Source of the DNA: Octopus vulgaris
Taxonomy: Eukaryota
NCBI GenBank assembly: GCA_951406725.2
Contig: OX597829.1
Span: forward strand, 31,744,001 to 31,808,000
DNA length: 64,000 nt
Reading direction: 5' to 3'
In this document: positions 1-11,479 of the stretch, in pieces
How positions within the stretch are numbered: position 1 is the stretch's first letter
Layout of the letters: each line of letters starts with the position of its first letter
The notes under the pieces: model-generated
The model's database searches: none
The model's input: the letters and a program-made list of their open reading frames with translations, nothing else
What the model was told of the DNA's origin: nothing
Translations under genes and position numbers: made by a program

Positions 1-295
1 GCCAACCAAAGCCTTGTGAGTGGATTTAGTAGATGGAGAATGAAAGAAGCCTGTCATATATATGTATATATATATGTATGTGTGTGTATAGTTTGTGTGT
101 CTGTGTTTGTCCCCCCAACATCGCTTGACAACCGATGCTGGTGTGTTTATGTCCCCATAACTTAGTGGTTCGGCAAAAGAGACCGATAGAATAAGTACAA
201 GGCTTACAAAGAATAAGTCCTAGAGTCGATTTGCTTGACTAAAGGTGGTGCTTCAGCATGGCCACAGTCACATGACTGAAACAAGTAAAAGAGTA
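1..295 (+). mobile_element. tRNA-derived SINE family A (5' end cut by window edge)
   Basis: Matches the ~400-bp repeat seen many times in the window (...aaagccttgtgagtggattt...actgaaacaagtaaaagag). Confidence 0.85.
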
Positions 296-487
296 CATTG
301 TATTTATATTTATTTATTTATACAAATTGTACTTATTGTATCATATTATTCATTGATGTGCACTGTTTTGTTCTATATTATTGTGTTTGATCTTGATGTT
401 CATATGTAGTTGGTTAATAAATTATGTAAATGGGTATTATCTGGTAGTTGATTATTGATTAAAGTGTATTTCTCCATTTTCTTATTT

Positions 488-534
<47 letters not shown>

Positions 535-1112
535 TTGATCTGTAACCATTAGTCCAGTAAAATTATATTTGGCTTCAGTAATAATTATGGATTAGATATT
601 ATACACACATACATGCATATATATTCGTATATAGATGTATGTGCGTTTGTGAGTGTGTGTGCTTGTGAGCATGTGTGCGCACTTGTGAGCATGTGTTTGT
701 GTGGTGTGTGTGTGTGTGTTTGTGATGGATTCTCCTATTGAAGGTGTATGAGCATTCAGCTTTTGCCAAAAAAAAACCTGTTTGTAGTGATCAAAGTTAT
801 GTGCTGTACATTAAACTCATTCCCTCCACCAAATGAACATTGCCTGAACAGGTACGCTATGTACCAATGCATCAGATGTTGAAGTAATTGCTGAGCAATG
901 TGAGATGAAATGTTTTGCTCAAGAACTCAACACATCATCCAGTCTATGTGTGTGTGTGTATTATATATCTTTTAGATTCATTTATGGTAATGTTAAGGGT
1001 ATGCAAACAGAGCTCCAATTTCATTATGCCGGCTGCTGTCTAATTATACTGACTAGTAAGTCAGTTTCTCGGAATTGCATAACAGTTATACCAATATAAT
1101 GTAGGATAAATA

Positions 1113-1455
1113 TAACAATAACTCTAGGATGGAATTTATAAATATTTAATACATTGCTACATATGTTTCCACAAGTCACATGAGTTTGACATCAGAGTCT
1201 GTATCCTTAAGATTAGCACAGTATAGTTGTATTATCCATGGTCATTCAGTTGATCATCATCATTTATTTATTTCATCAAGCAATATTGATGAAATGAATC
1301 AATAATGATAATCAACTGGATGCCCATGGATAATACGGACTATAATACTGTGTTAATTCCAAGGATACTGACTCTGATGTCAAAATCATGTGATTTGTGG
1401 AAATGTACATAGCGATGTATTAAATATCTATTAATTCCATCCTAGAATTATTGCT
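1113..1455. repeat. Imperfect long inverted repeat (~165-bp arms)
   Basis: ctaggatggaatt...atttcatcaa / ttgatgaaat...aattccatcctag, centred near 1281. Confidence 0.8.
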
Positions 1456-1851
1456 ATTGTTATATATACATCCATTTATTTTCTCGTCTTTCTTTCTGTT
1501 GAAGAGCATAGGCTCAAAATGTAAAAGACTTTCTCACCTTCCCAAGCGTTAAACTAATACACCTGTTTGTTGTTTACACACCTGTCTTCATTTTTTTTTA
1601 TTGTAAATTCTAACTATATATATATATGCGAGGGAGGGCCCAAAAGAAACCAGAATTTTGCAATATTATTTTATTCACTTGGTTTTGCATGTTTACACTT
1701 TTATCACCTTCAAAGTATTCTCCATTTGAAGCAATGCATCAATCTAGAAGTGTTTTCCACTGTTCGAAGCAGTGCTGGAACTCTTGTGAAGTGATGCCTT
1801 TTAATGCTTCCGTCATTTTTTTCTTCACTTCTTCCAAATTTACAAATTCTG

Positions 1852-2337
1852 TAAAAGCACCATCCGTTCGTGGCCATTTGCCAGCTCTGTCTGGCCCCCG
1901 TGTCGGTGGCACGTAAAAGCACCATCCGTTCGGGTCTGTTGCCAGCCTCGCTTGGCCCCCGTGCGGTGACACGTAAAAGCACCATCCGTTCGTGGCCGTT
2001 TGCCAGCTCTGTCTGGCCCCCGTGTCGGTGGCACGTAAAAGCACCATCCGTTCGTGTCCGTTGCCAGCATCGCCTGGCCCGTGCCGGTGACACGTAAAAG
2101 CACCATCTGTTCGTGGCCGTTTGCCAGCTTTGTCTGGCACCTGTGCGGGTGGCACGTAAAAAGCACCCACTACACTCATGGAGTGGTTGGCGTTAGGAAG
2201 GGCATCCAGCCGTAGAAACACTGCCAGATCTGACTGGGCCTGACGAAGCCTTCCAGCTTCACAGACCCCAGTTGAACCGTCCAACCCATGCTAGCATGGA
2301 AAACGGACGCTAAATGATGATGATGATGATGATGATG
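1852..2337 (+). mobile_element. RTE-LINE 3' end with ~60-bp tandem units and (GAT)n tail
   Basis: About 5 copies of gcacgtaaaagcaccatccgttcgtggcc..., followed by the same 3' sequence that terminates the RTE at 62040-62234. Confidence 0.8.
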
Positions 2338-2708
2338 TAGCACCAGTTTTTGTCACAAGTAATGACCTTGAAAAAAAGGTCCAGATAAGCTTCTAACTGT
2401 TCTTTCAGCTCACAACATACATTCAGTCATGACTGCTTTTGATCTTTCATGAGAAAGCGAAGCACAAATTTTGCTGCAACTCTTTTCATTTGCAATTCCT
2501 CACTCAAAATTCATTGGTAGGAGCCCCAGGACACACCAGTCATATCAACAAGTTCATCAATTGTTTGGTGACGGTCCTCCAAGATCAGTAAAATTTATTT
2601 ATTTTCCTATATAACATATAACGTACAGTTCATGAATTTTCATGTTTTCATTTGTTGGAGAGATTAACAGTTGTCCTGAATGAGGTTGGTCCTCAAGCAA
2701 CAAGTGAC

Positions 2709-3633
2709 CAGTGGTGGCTCATAGATAAAATTAGTTGGGGTGCTGCTTCAGAAAATTTTTAGCCATTGTTTTAATATTGTGTAAAAGGAAATATACATAT
2801 AAAGAGAAAATCTATACATAAACTTGAACGGTTCACATTTTAGACACTGCCAGCTAGTGTGTTTAATTTCTTCACTGAACACCATCACAAATTCCCCCTT
2901 GTTTTTCAAAAATCCCCTCTAAATCACAAAATAAGGTGGGGAAATGTGCCCTATTTTTCAAATCCTGGCAGCAACAGTGAAGCTGGAAGCAGGATAATAA
3001 TCTAATTCTGCACTTTATCACATTCAAGAATATAAACACGTTTTTAAGTACAACACACACAGAGTCAAAAAGAAACACTACCTTTCACCTGGTACTGAAT
3101 TTCATGCAGTGCTCTCTCTCCCTTGTGTGAAGCTTCCTATCTCAGACATATGAACATGCCCACAACAGCCCAACACTGCGTCATTGGAACTGTGAAGCGC
3201 AAGCTCTATAAAGCATTTTTGTATTTTTTCCTAAACTAGGGGATGGCTACTGACATTAAACTTAAGGATTATATAATGTACATGTATAAAGAAAGAACTA
3301 AAGAAAAAAAGGACTCATTATATTGAATGCTATCAATAATATTCTTTTCTACTCTAGGAACAAGGCTTGAAATTTTGGGGGAGTGAGCCAGTTGATCAGA
3401 CTGATCCCAGTACACAACTGGTACTTAATTTATCGACCCAGAAAAGATGAAAGGCAAAGTCGACCTCGGCAGAAATTGAACACATAACATAAAGACAGAC
3501 GAAATACCACTAAGCATTTCACCCGGCATGCTAAAGTTTTTGCCGGCTCGCCACTTTGTCAATGCTATCGATAATATTGAGTGGAAATAGGGTGTACTGC
3601 AGTTTCACAGTTCCTATACACAAGCCACCACTG
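2709..3633. mobile_element. Non-autonomous hAT-type element
   Basis: TIRs CAGTGGTGGCT / AGCCACCACTG; perfect 8-bp TSD CAAGTGAC at 2701-2708 and 3634-3641. Confidence 0.88.
3344..3560 (-). mobile_element. tRNA-derived SINE family B inside the hAT element
   Basis: Reverse of the 10676-10909 repeat; 18-bp TSD aatgctatc(a/g)ataatatt at 3326-3343 and 3561-3578. Confidence 0.85.
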
Positions 3634-4004
3634 CAAGTGACCATTCCTAAAGCATAAAAACCTCTTGTATACTTGTGTTTTGCTCATGGAAGTGGCCTTG
3701 TAAGCTGTTTGACGCATGAGAACTGTTTCAGCAGCTGTTTCCCCCAGCTAAAAACAGAATTTCACAGAAGCATGCTATTCCTTCATTTTGGAAATCTCAA
3801 AAATCAACGAACAGGGGAGAAGCACTGCAAAACAAAGACACACCACATGGCAGTAAGACCTCAGCAGACAATGTCTGTTGGCAGATCGATGCCTGAAGTT
3901 TGCATTAAGTGGCTACTAGTGGTGGAAGCCTGAACTATGACAGACTTGTCCCACAGTTACAGTTACTTTTTAGTACCCACTCATATATAAATATTTGTGT
4001 TTAT

Positions 4005-4395
4005 AGGCACAAAAGTGGCTGTGTGGTAAGTAGGTTTCTTACCAACTACATGGTTCCAGGTTCAATCCCACTGCATGGCACCTTGGGCAAGTGTCTTCTA
4101 CTATAGCCTCGGGCCAACCAATGCCTGGTGAGTGGATTTGGTAGATGGAAACTGAAAGAAGCCCATCGTATATATGTGTGTGTGTGTGTATCTGTTTGTT
4201 GTCTGTATTTGTCCCTCCAACATCGCTTGACAACCGATGCTGGTGTGTTTATGTCCCCGTAACTTAGCAGTTCAGCAAAAGAGATCGATAGAATAAGTAC
4301 TAGGCTTACAAAGCATAAGTCCTGGGGTTGATTTGCTCGACTAGAGGCAGTGCTCCAGCATGGCCATAGCCAAATGACTGAAACAAGTAAAAGAG
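4005..4395 (+). mobile_element. SINE family A
   Basis: A-box-like tggctgtgtgg, B-box-like ggttcaatccc, family body and tail. Confidence 0.85.
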
Positions 4396-5326
4396 TATGT
4401 GCCTGTGTGTGTACATATATACACACACATACATATATATGTGAGTGTGTGTGTATACATATATATATATGCATACACACATATATATGTGTGTATATAT
4501 GTGTATGCATATATATATATGCATACACACACACTCACATATATATGTATGTGAATGTATGTATGTGTGTATATATGTACACACGGAGGTTAAATAGAAT
4601 TAAAGAGTGATTTTTTTTTGTACACAAGGGTCAAAGTTCATGACATTTTTTGTCAATGGAATGTCTTACTCTATTGTCAATGTTAAAGCTTGGTCCATAT
4701 AAGTATTTCACATACAATCAAAGTGGCTGTGTTGTTCTATATCAGCAAGACTTATTATATTATGTAGTAAAATCAATAAAAACGAATAGAGTGAACTTGT
4801 CATGAGGAATGGAAGATTGAAAGTTTTGGGCAGACTGAAAAAAAATGGCTGCAACTGATAAGGAAGGCATGAACACATGGTTTCATATATGAACAAGATG
4901 TGGAAACAGTGGGAGAAATATGAAGGTAAGAATAATGGAATGAAAAGAAGCAGGCAAAATCAAGAGTGAGGTGAAGGTAAAAGATGAGGTAATAGAAGAA
5001 ATGAAGGATAAGAAATGGTTTAATGAACTAAAAGGAGGTGTAAAAGAAGAAGTAAAAACAGCCATTTAACCCTTTAGTATTCAGATTAGTCTGTCGAGTG
5101 TAAAGTTTATTTATTCACTTTGATTTGAATTAACCCTCTTGAGACATCCAAGTCTATTGATCAGCCCAAGTGATACAAGGTGAAAGGACTTTGAGGCCTG
5201 ATAGAACAAATGTTGTGAATGGTTGGTTTTGAAGTGTAAAAGCTAATCAGAGATTGTCTTTCAGTAGATGTATCTCAATAGAAAATAAATATTTGGTCTT
5301 TTTGGCTACACATACCAAAACATCGG

Positions 5327-5480
5327 ATGCCCTTCCTAACGCCAACCACTCCGTGAGTGTAGTGGGTGCTTTTTACGTGCCACCGGCACAGGTGCCAGAT
5401 GAGGCTGGCAAACGGCCACATTCGGATGGTTCTCTTACGTGCCACCAGCACTGGTATCACAGCTACAATTTCCATTGATG
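5327..5480 (-). mobile_element. RTE 3'-UTR fragment
   Basis: ggatgcccttcctaacgccaaccactcc... Confidence 0.7.
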
Positions 5481-5843
5481 TTGATCGATTTTGATTTTGA
5501 TTTACAGTGCTAAATTAATATCTTCAACTGCAATGAAAATAAAAATACATAGGAATTACAGAAAATATATCAGTTGATCCAAACATACATAGCATTATCA
5601 CATGGTTGGTTTAAAACCAGAGTTCACTGGGGTCCTTTTATCTACAGAGATAATGTTATCAGGTCTAGACAGTGTATATAGCACATATGTCCTCCAAGTA
5701 TACCTTACTGCAAATCAGAGTTATGGATGAACTCAGTTCACCGACAATAACATTATGAAATACCACCTCACTCTCATAAATCAGTTCCCCTCATTTTACC
5801 ATGGCAATCTGATTCATTGATTGATGGACAGAATGCTATTGCA

Positions 5844-6552
5844 TCTCTGCTTATAATGCATTTAATTAGATTGTATTCATTTCAAAATTAACTCCCCTTT
5901 TCTTTGAGAGCTGGCATGCTTCAATAGGTTCCATTGAACCTTGTGGCGTGCAACCAATCAAAGCATTTACCGATGAATTGATATTATTTCTTTCTTTCTT
6001 CCTCTTGTTCCTCTTTTTTCTTCTTGTTTTTGTTTTTCTTTCTTCACTCAAGCTTGTTTTCTTCGGTTTGGGATTTGTATGTCAATGCAGTTTTGTATTA
6101 TATATGTATGATACACAAATGTGTTATTTATGTAACTATTATCTTTGCCACATTTTCCAAAATATATATAATTAGAAATTTGAAATTGAGAAGAAAAAAA
6201 ATTAAATAATTTTTTTAAAAATTACTATTAGATTTTTGTTTTGTTTTGTTTTGTTTTCTCTAGCCGATATACAGACATGTTATATATGTAATTATCTCTG
6301 CCACATTTTCTGAAATATATAATTAGAAATTTGAAATTGAGAAGAAAAAAATAATTAATAAAATTAAAAATTAAATAGGTGCAGTCATGACTGCATAGTA
6401 AGAAGCTTGCTTCCCAACCACATGGTTCTGGGTTCAGTCCCACTGTGTAGCACCTTGGGCAAGTGTCTTCTACTATAGCCTTGGGCCAACCAAAGCCTTG
6501 TGAGTGGATTTGGTAGACAGAAACTGAAAGAAGCTCATCGTATATATATATA

Positions 6553-6591
<39 letters not shown>

Positions 6592-8344
6592 TATGTTTGT
6601 ATCTGTGTTTGTCCCCCCACCACTTAACAACCAATGTTGGTGTGCTTACGTCCCCCATAACTTAGCAGTTCGGTAAAAGAGACCAATAGAACAAGTACTA
6701 GGCTTACAAAGAATAAGTTCTGGGGGAGATTTGTTCAACTAAAGGCAGTGCTCGAGCATGGCCGCAATCAAATAACTGAAACCAATAAAAGAATAATATA
6801 AAAAAAAACTACTATTAGATTTTTTTGTTTTGTTTTGTCTTCTCCAACTAATAGGCAGATTTCAAGTGTCAGAGCAAGGAATTTTGTAAGTCATCTATAA
6901 TTCCTAACTTAAAAATTCTCCAGGAAAACTGCTCAGTCAATCTCCAAAAGCGACCAGAGTGTTTCTCTCCCACAAAACATTATTGCAATATTCACCACTA
7001 TGCTCATGTAGCAGGGATGTACTTGACTTTTTTCATGGTCCTAGGCCTCCAAAGAATAGTTCAATATGTCCCCATACTTTGTTCATTTTTTTTCCTTTCA
7101 TTCAATCAGCCATCTTTCAAAGGATTGCATAGATTGAATCTTTAAGAAATCGACAGATAAGAAGTATAGGATATCAACAATTGTGGTCTATATACTTAGC
7201 TAAGTTACTTAATCAGGAATCTACTTCTCTAGAATAAGACTGGAATCAAGAGAAAAAAACATTTAATAATAATAATAATGAAATTATTGTATAGTGCTCA
7301 GGTGCACCACATAGATATAACACATAGTGAGCTCGATAAGGAGTAAAATTAAGATGAAATTAGTTTAATAAGAGTAATAGTTTAGCCAGAGAGCTAATTA
7401 GTAAACTCAAAGAGAATACTAGGAAAGACATCACATTTGAAGTGCAAGTGGTAAGAATGTATCTCAAGCATTTCTTTGATGCAAAACACGAAAACAGTGC
7501 TAAGCTAAAGTATATGCTCTTAGACACAGGGTAAATGAAAGATGTTTACTGAGTCTGGTTGGCAGAGGTGCAATCTAGACCTTGGTGGGAGTGTTTTTAG
7601 TTGGTCTCTTGACTATACTGGGAAAAATATTTGACTGCTGTTTGACTGCCTCTCTGCTTATAATGCATTTAATTAGATTGTATTCATTTCAAAATTAACT
7701 CCCCTTTTCTTTGAGAGCTGGCATGCTTCAATAAGTTCCATTGAACCTTGTGGCGTGCAACCAATCAAAGCATTTACCGATGAATTGATATTATTTCTTT
7801 CTTTCTTCCTCTTGTTCCTCTTTTTTTCTTCTTGTTTTTGTTTTTCTTTCTTCACTCAAGCTTGTTTTCTTCGGTTTGGGATTTGTATGTCAATGCAGTT
7901 TTGTATTATATATGTATGATACACAAATGTGTTATTTATGTAACTATTATCTTTGCCACATTTTCCAAAATATATAATCAGAAATTTGAAATTGAGAAGA
8001 AAAAAATTAAATAATTTTTTTAAAAATTACTATTAGATTTTTGTTTTGTTTTGTTTTGTTTTCTCTAGCTGATACACAGACATGTTATATATGTAATTAT
8101 CTCTGCCACATTTTCTGAAATATATAATTAGAAATTTGAAATTGAGAAGAAAAAAATAATTAATAAAATTAAAAATTAAATAGGTGCAGTCATGACTGCA
8201 TAGTAAGAAGCTTGCTTCCCAACCACATGGTTCTGGGTTCAGTCCCACTGTGTAGCACCTTGGGCAAGTGTCTTCTACTATAGCCTTGGACCAACCAAAG
8301 CCTTGTGAGTAGATTTGGTAGACAGAAACTGAAAGAAGCTCATC

Positions 8345-8402
<58 letters not shown>

Positions 8403-10004
8403 ATATATATATGCATATATGCATATGTTTGTATCTGTGTTTGTCCCCCCACCACTTAACAACCAATGTTGGTGTGTTTATGTCCCCCATAACTTAGCAG
8501 TTCAGTAAAAGAGACCAATAGAACAAGTACTAGGCTTACAAAGAATAAGTTCTGGGGGAGATTTGTTCAACTAAAGGCAGTGCTCGAGCATGGCCGCAAT
8601 CAAATGACTGAAACCAATAAAAGAATAATACAAAAAAAAAAACTACTATTAGATTTTTTTGTTTTGTTTTGTCTTCTCCAACTAATAGGCAGATTTCAAG
8701 TGTCAGAGCAAGGAATTTTGTAAGTCATCTATAATTCCTAACTTAAAAATTCTCCAGGAAAACTGCTCAGTCAATCTCCAAAAGCGACCAGAGTGTTTCT
8801 CTCCCACAAAACATTATTGCAATATTCACCACTATGCTCATGTAGCAGGGATGTACTTGACTTTTTTCGTGGTCCTAGGCCTCCAAAGAATAGTTCAATA
8901 TGTCCCCATACTTTGTTCATTTGTTCATTTTTTTCCTTTCATTCAATCAGCCATCTGTCAAAGGATTACATAGATTGAATTTTTATGAAATCGACAGATA
9001 AGAAGTATAGGATATCAACAATTGTGGTCTATATACTTAGCTAAGTTACTTAATCAGAAATCTACTTCTCTAGAATAAGACCGGAATCAAGAGAAGAAAA
9101 CATTTAATAATAATAATAATGAAATTATTGTATACAGTGCTCAGGTGCACCACAAGTGCTCAGGTGCACCACATAGATATAACACATAGTGAGCTCAATA
9201 AGGAGTAAAATTAAGATGAAATTAGTTTAATAAGAGTAATAGTTTAGCCAGAGAGCTAATTAGTAAACTCAAAGAGAATACTAGGAAAGACATCACATTT
9301 GAAGTACAAGTGGTAAGAATGTATCTCAAGCATTTCTTTGATGCAAAACACGAAAACAGTGCTAAGCTAAAGTGGAAGCTGTTCAGCGACATGCAACCAA
9401 AAGAATACCCTCCATCAGGCATTTGCCATATCCTGAACGCCTTACTTCCCTGGGCATGGACACATTGAAACTCCGACGTCTGGCAGCTGACTTGGCAGAC
9501 ACCCATAAAATTATCAACCATCTTACAAACAATAACTCTGAGCACCTCTTCAAACTCCACCCATCTAACACCCGTGGACATATTTACAAAGTAAGAAAAC
9601 AGCACAGCTCCCATGACTTCAGGAAACATTTTTTCACGCTGAGAGTTGCTGAAGCATGGAACAAACTGCCAGCATCGGTTGTTAGTTGTCGGAGCACTGC
9701 ATCCTTCAAAACTTCCATGCTTCCTGAGATTCGCCAACACTACACTTGATACACACACAAGCATGTTCACTTTCCAGACATTTCTACACTACTGCATGTA
9801 CTTTATATGCACTTTCTGACAAGTTGTGGTGCACCTGAGCACTGTATACAATAATTTCATTATTATTATTATTATATGCTCTTAGACACAGGGTAAATGA
9901 AAGATGTTAACTGAGTCTGGTTGGCAGAGGTGCAATCTAGACCTTGGTGGGAGTGTTTTTAGTGGTCTCTTGACTATACTGGGAAAAATATTTGACTGCT
10001 GTTT
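5844..10004 (+). repeat. Tandem segmental duplication: copy 1 at 5844-7643, copy 2 at 7651-10004 (copy 2 has an extra ~500-bp CR1 piece)
   Basis: Near-identical sequence from tctctgcttataatgc to aaatatttgactgctgttt; duplicated ORFs in the track (e.g. 5866-6051 vs 7673-7855); each copy holds a SINE A (6377-6795, 8181-8625). Confidence 0.93.
9373..9873 (+). mobile_element. CR1-clade LINE 3' fragment
   Basis: EAVQRHATKRIP...YPERL..L...TLKLRR...DL...KII...TRGH..K...RKHFFTLRVAEAWNKLP..VV (CR1 ORF2 C-terminus); (ATT)n tail. Confidence 0.88.
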
Positions 10005-10040
10005 TACCAGATCAAGCAACTATGTGAAGGTTACCTCATT

Positions 10041-10103
10041 TGGTGGTGGTGGTGGTGGTGGTGGTGGTGGTGGTGGTGGTGGTGGTGGTGGTGGTGGTGG
10101 TGG
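10041..10103 (+). repeat. (TGG)21 microsatellite
   Basis: Direct read. Confidence 0.95.
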
Positions 10104-10675
10104 CAGCAGCAGCAATAGTAGCAGTAACAGTGACAATGACAGAAAGGAGGGTTAAACAAATCCTGGTGAATTGTTAAATAACAAAGAAGCTGACTGACTC
10201 AATCTTCATCCCAAGCAGTAAAAAAAAAAAAGGAAAGAAAGAAAGAAAGAAAAACACAGAGGAATCCTGTTTTCATAAAAACAGTGGAAGCAGTCAGAGA
10301 GAAGAAAGGCAAAATCACAAAGCAATACACTAGGAAACGTTCAGTGTGCATGGGCACAGAGTGATGAAATGAATCGGAAAATTGGAAGCACATCACACAG
10401 AACAATCAACTTTCAATATTGGGGTGGTCAATCTGTATTGAAGTAGATTCAGTTAAGAGATAAGGATTTGATAAAAATGGGATGCAAAATTTAAAAAAGA
10501 AACCAAGGGGAATGTTGGAACATGTTTTCTGTTGCTGTAGACATGTTTCTCTCAGTTTATACTTGAAAACACAATCCTGTACTCCATCCGCTGGCAGAGG
10601 TTATTTACAAAGTGGTGCAAATGAGGAAGGATAAGGGACCTCAACAGGCAAAAGGTATTAAATCAAAAGGTATTA

Positions 10676-10909
10676 AGGCGGCAAGCTGGCAGAAACGTTA
10701 GCACGCCGGGCAAAATACTTAGCGGTATTTCATCTGCCGTTACGTTGTGAGTTCAAATTCCGCCGAGGTCGACTTTACCTTTCATCCTTTCGGGGTCGAT
10801 AAATTAAGTACCAGTTACGCACCGGGGTCGATGTAATCGACTTAATACCTATGTCTGTCCTTGTTTGTCCCCTCTATGTTTAGCCCCTTGTGGGTAATAA
10901 AGAAATAGG
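10676..10909 (+). mobile_element. SINE family B, full length
   Basis: tRNA-like head (agctggcagaaacgttagc...gagttcaaattcc); core ctttcatcctttcggggtcgataaattaagtacc; flanked by aggtattaa. Confidence 0.85.
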
Positions 10910-11479
10910 TATTAAATCTGTGAAGGGGCAAAATAAAAAAGAAGGGAAGACTGTAATCTCCCTTCACATATGTATTTGTAGTATGTCAGCAGTGTTAGAT
11001 AACTGAGAGAATGTTAGTGGACGAGGAAGGGAAGTAGGCAATGCTAACGGAAATGATGAACATGGTTTTGAGACCTGAATTAGTTCTTGTGCCAAATGCA
11101 GTTCATTGTATGGACGGCATGAATTGACTGTGTTATGGCAGACAAGGATACAGGAAGCAAGAGGAAGGAAGGCTCAAAAGTATACAATGTTATTGGAAGA
11201 ATATCAGAGAAATAGATGAAGGGCAGTGCTGTGAATGATGGAAGTTAGGTGTAGGTAATTTGCAAGGTTCACAGTTAGAAGGTGAATTCAGACACTGAAT
11301 GTGATTGGATATGAGGTAGAAGGGTGAGTGAGGCAGAAGAGATGATTCATATTGGATAATGTAGATATTGGCAAAAAACACCAGAAAAGATACATCTCAG
11401 TGGTACCAGGGGTTGTGATAATGATGATGATGGAGGTTGTTACAGCAACAGCAGAGGAAACAAAGATTTTTTGGTTAAT

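Larger units (their letters stand above)
1626..3985 (-). mobile_element. Decayed mariner (Tc1/mariner) transposon, interrupted by nested insertions
   Basis: Minus-strand fragments: N-terminal VKFCF*LGETAAET...SMSKTQVY (3640-3790); middle EDRHQTIDEL...MKRVAAKFV...KVITCDKNWCY (2340-2590); C-terminal FQHCFEQWK...CIASNGEYFEGD (1705-1850); degenerate TIR-like ends. Confidence 0.85.

Noticed and set aside
1852-2170. Regular ~60-bp repeats resembling a CRISPR array
   Set aside because: No unique spacers, no cas genes, eukaryotic context; the units are tandem repeats in an RTE 3' UTR.
1710-2284. Overlapping 100-180 aa ORFs
   Set aside because: Products of stop-free tandem repeats; only the last part is a mariner remnant.
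4046-4610. Long ORFs rich in Y/I/H/T/C/V
   Set aside because: Translations of (TA)/(CA)/(TG) microsatellites and SINE sequence.
5880-5985. ALIGCTPQGS motif reminiscent of a Harbinger/ISL2EU transposase
   Set aside because: Too short, with no flanking similarity visible.
9904-10155. Poly-Gly ORF
   Set aside because: (TGG)n microsatellite; no splice or homology support.
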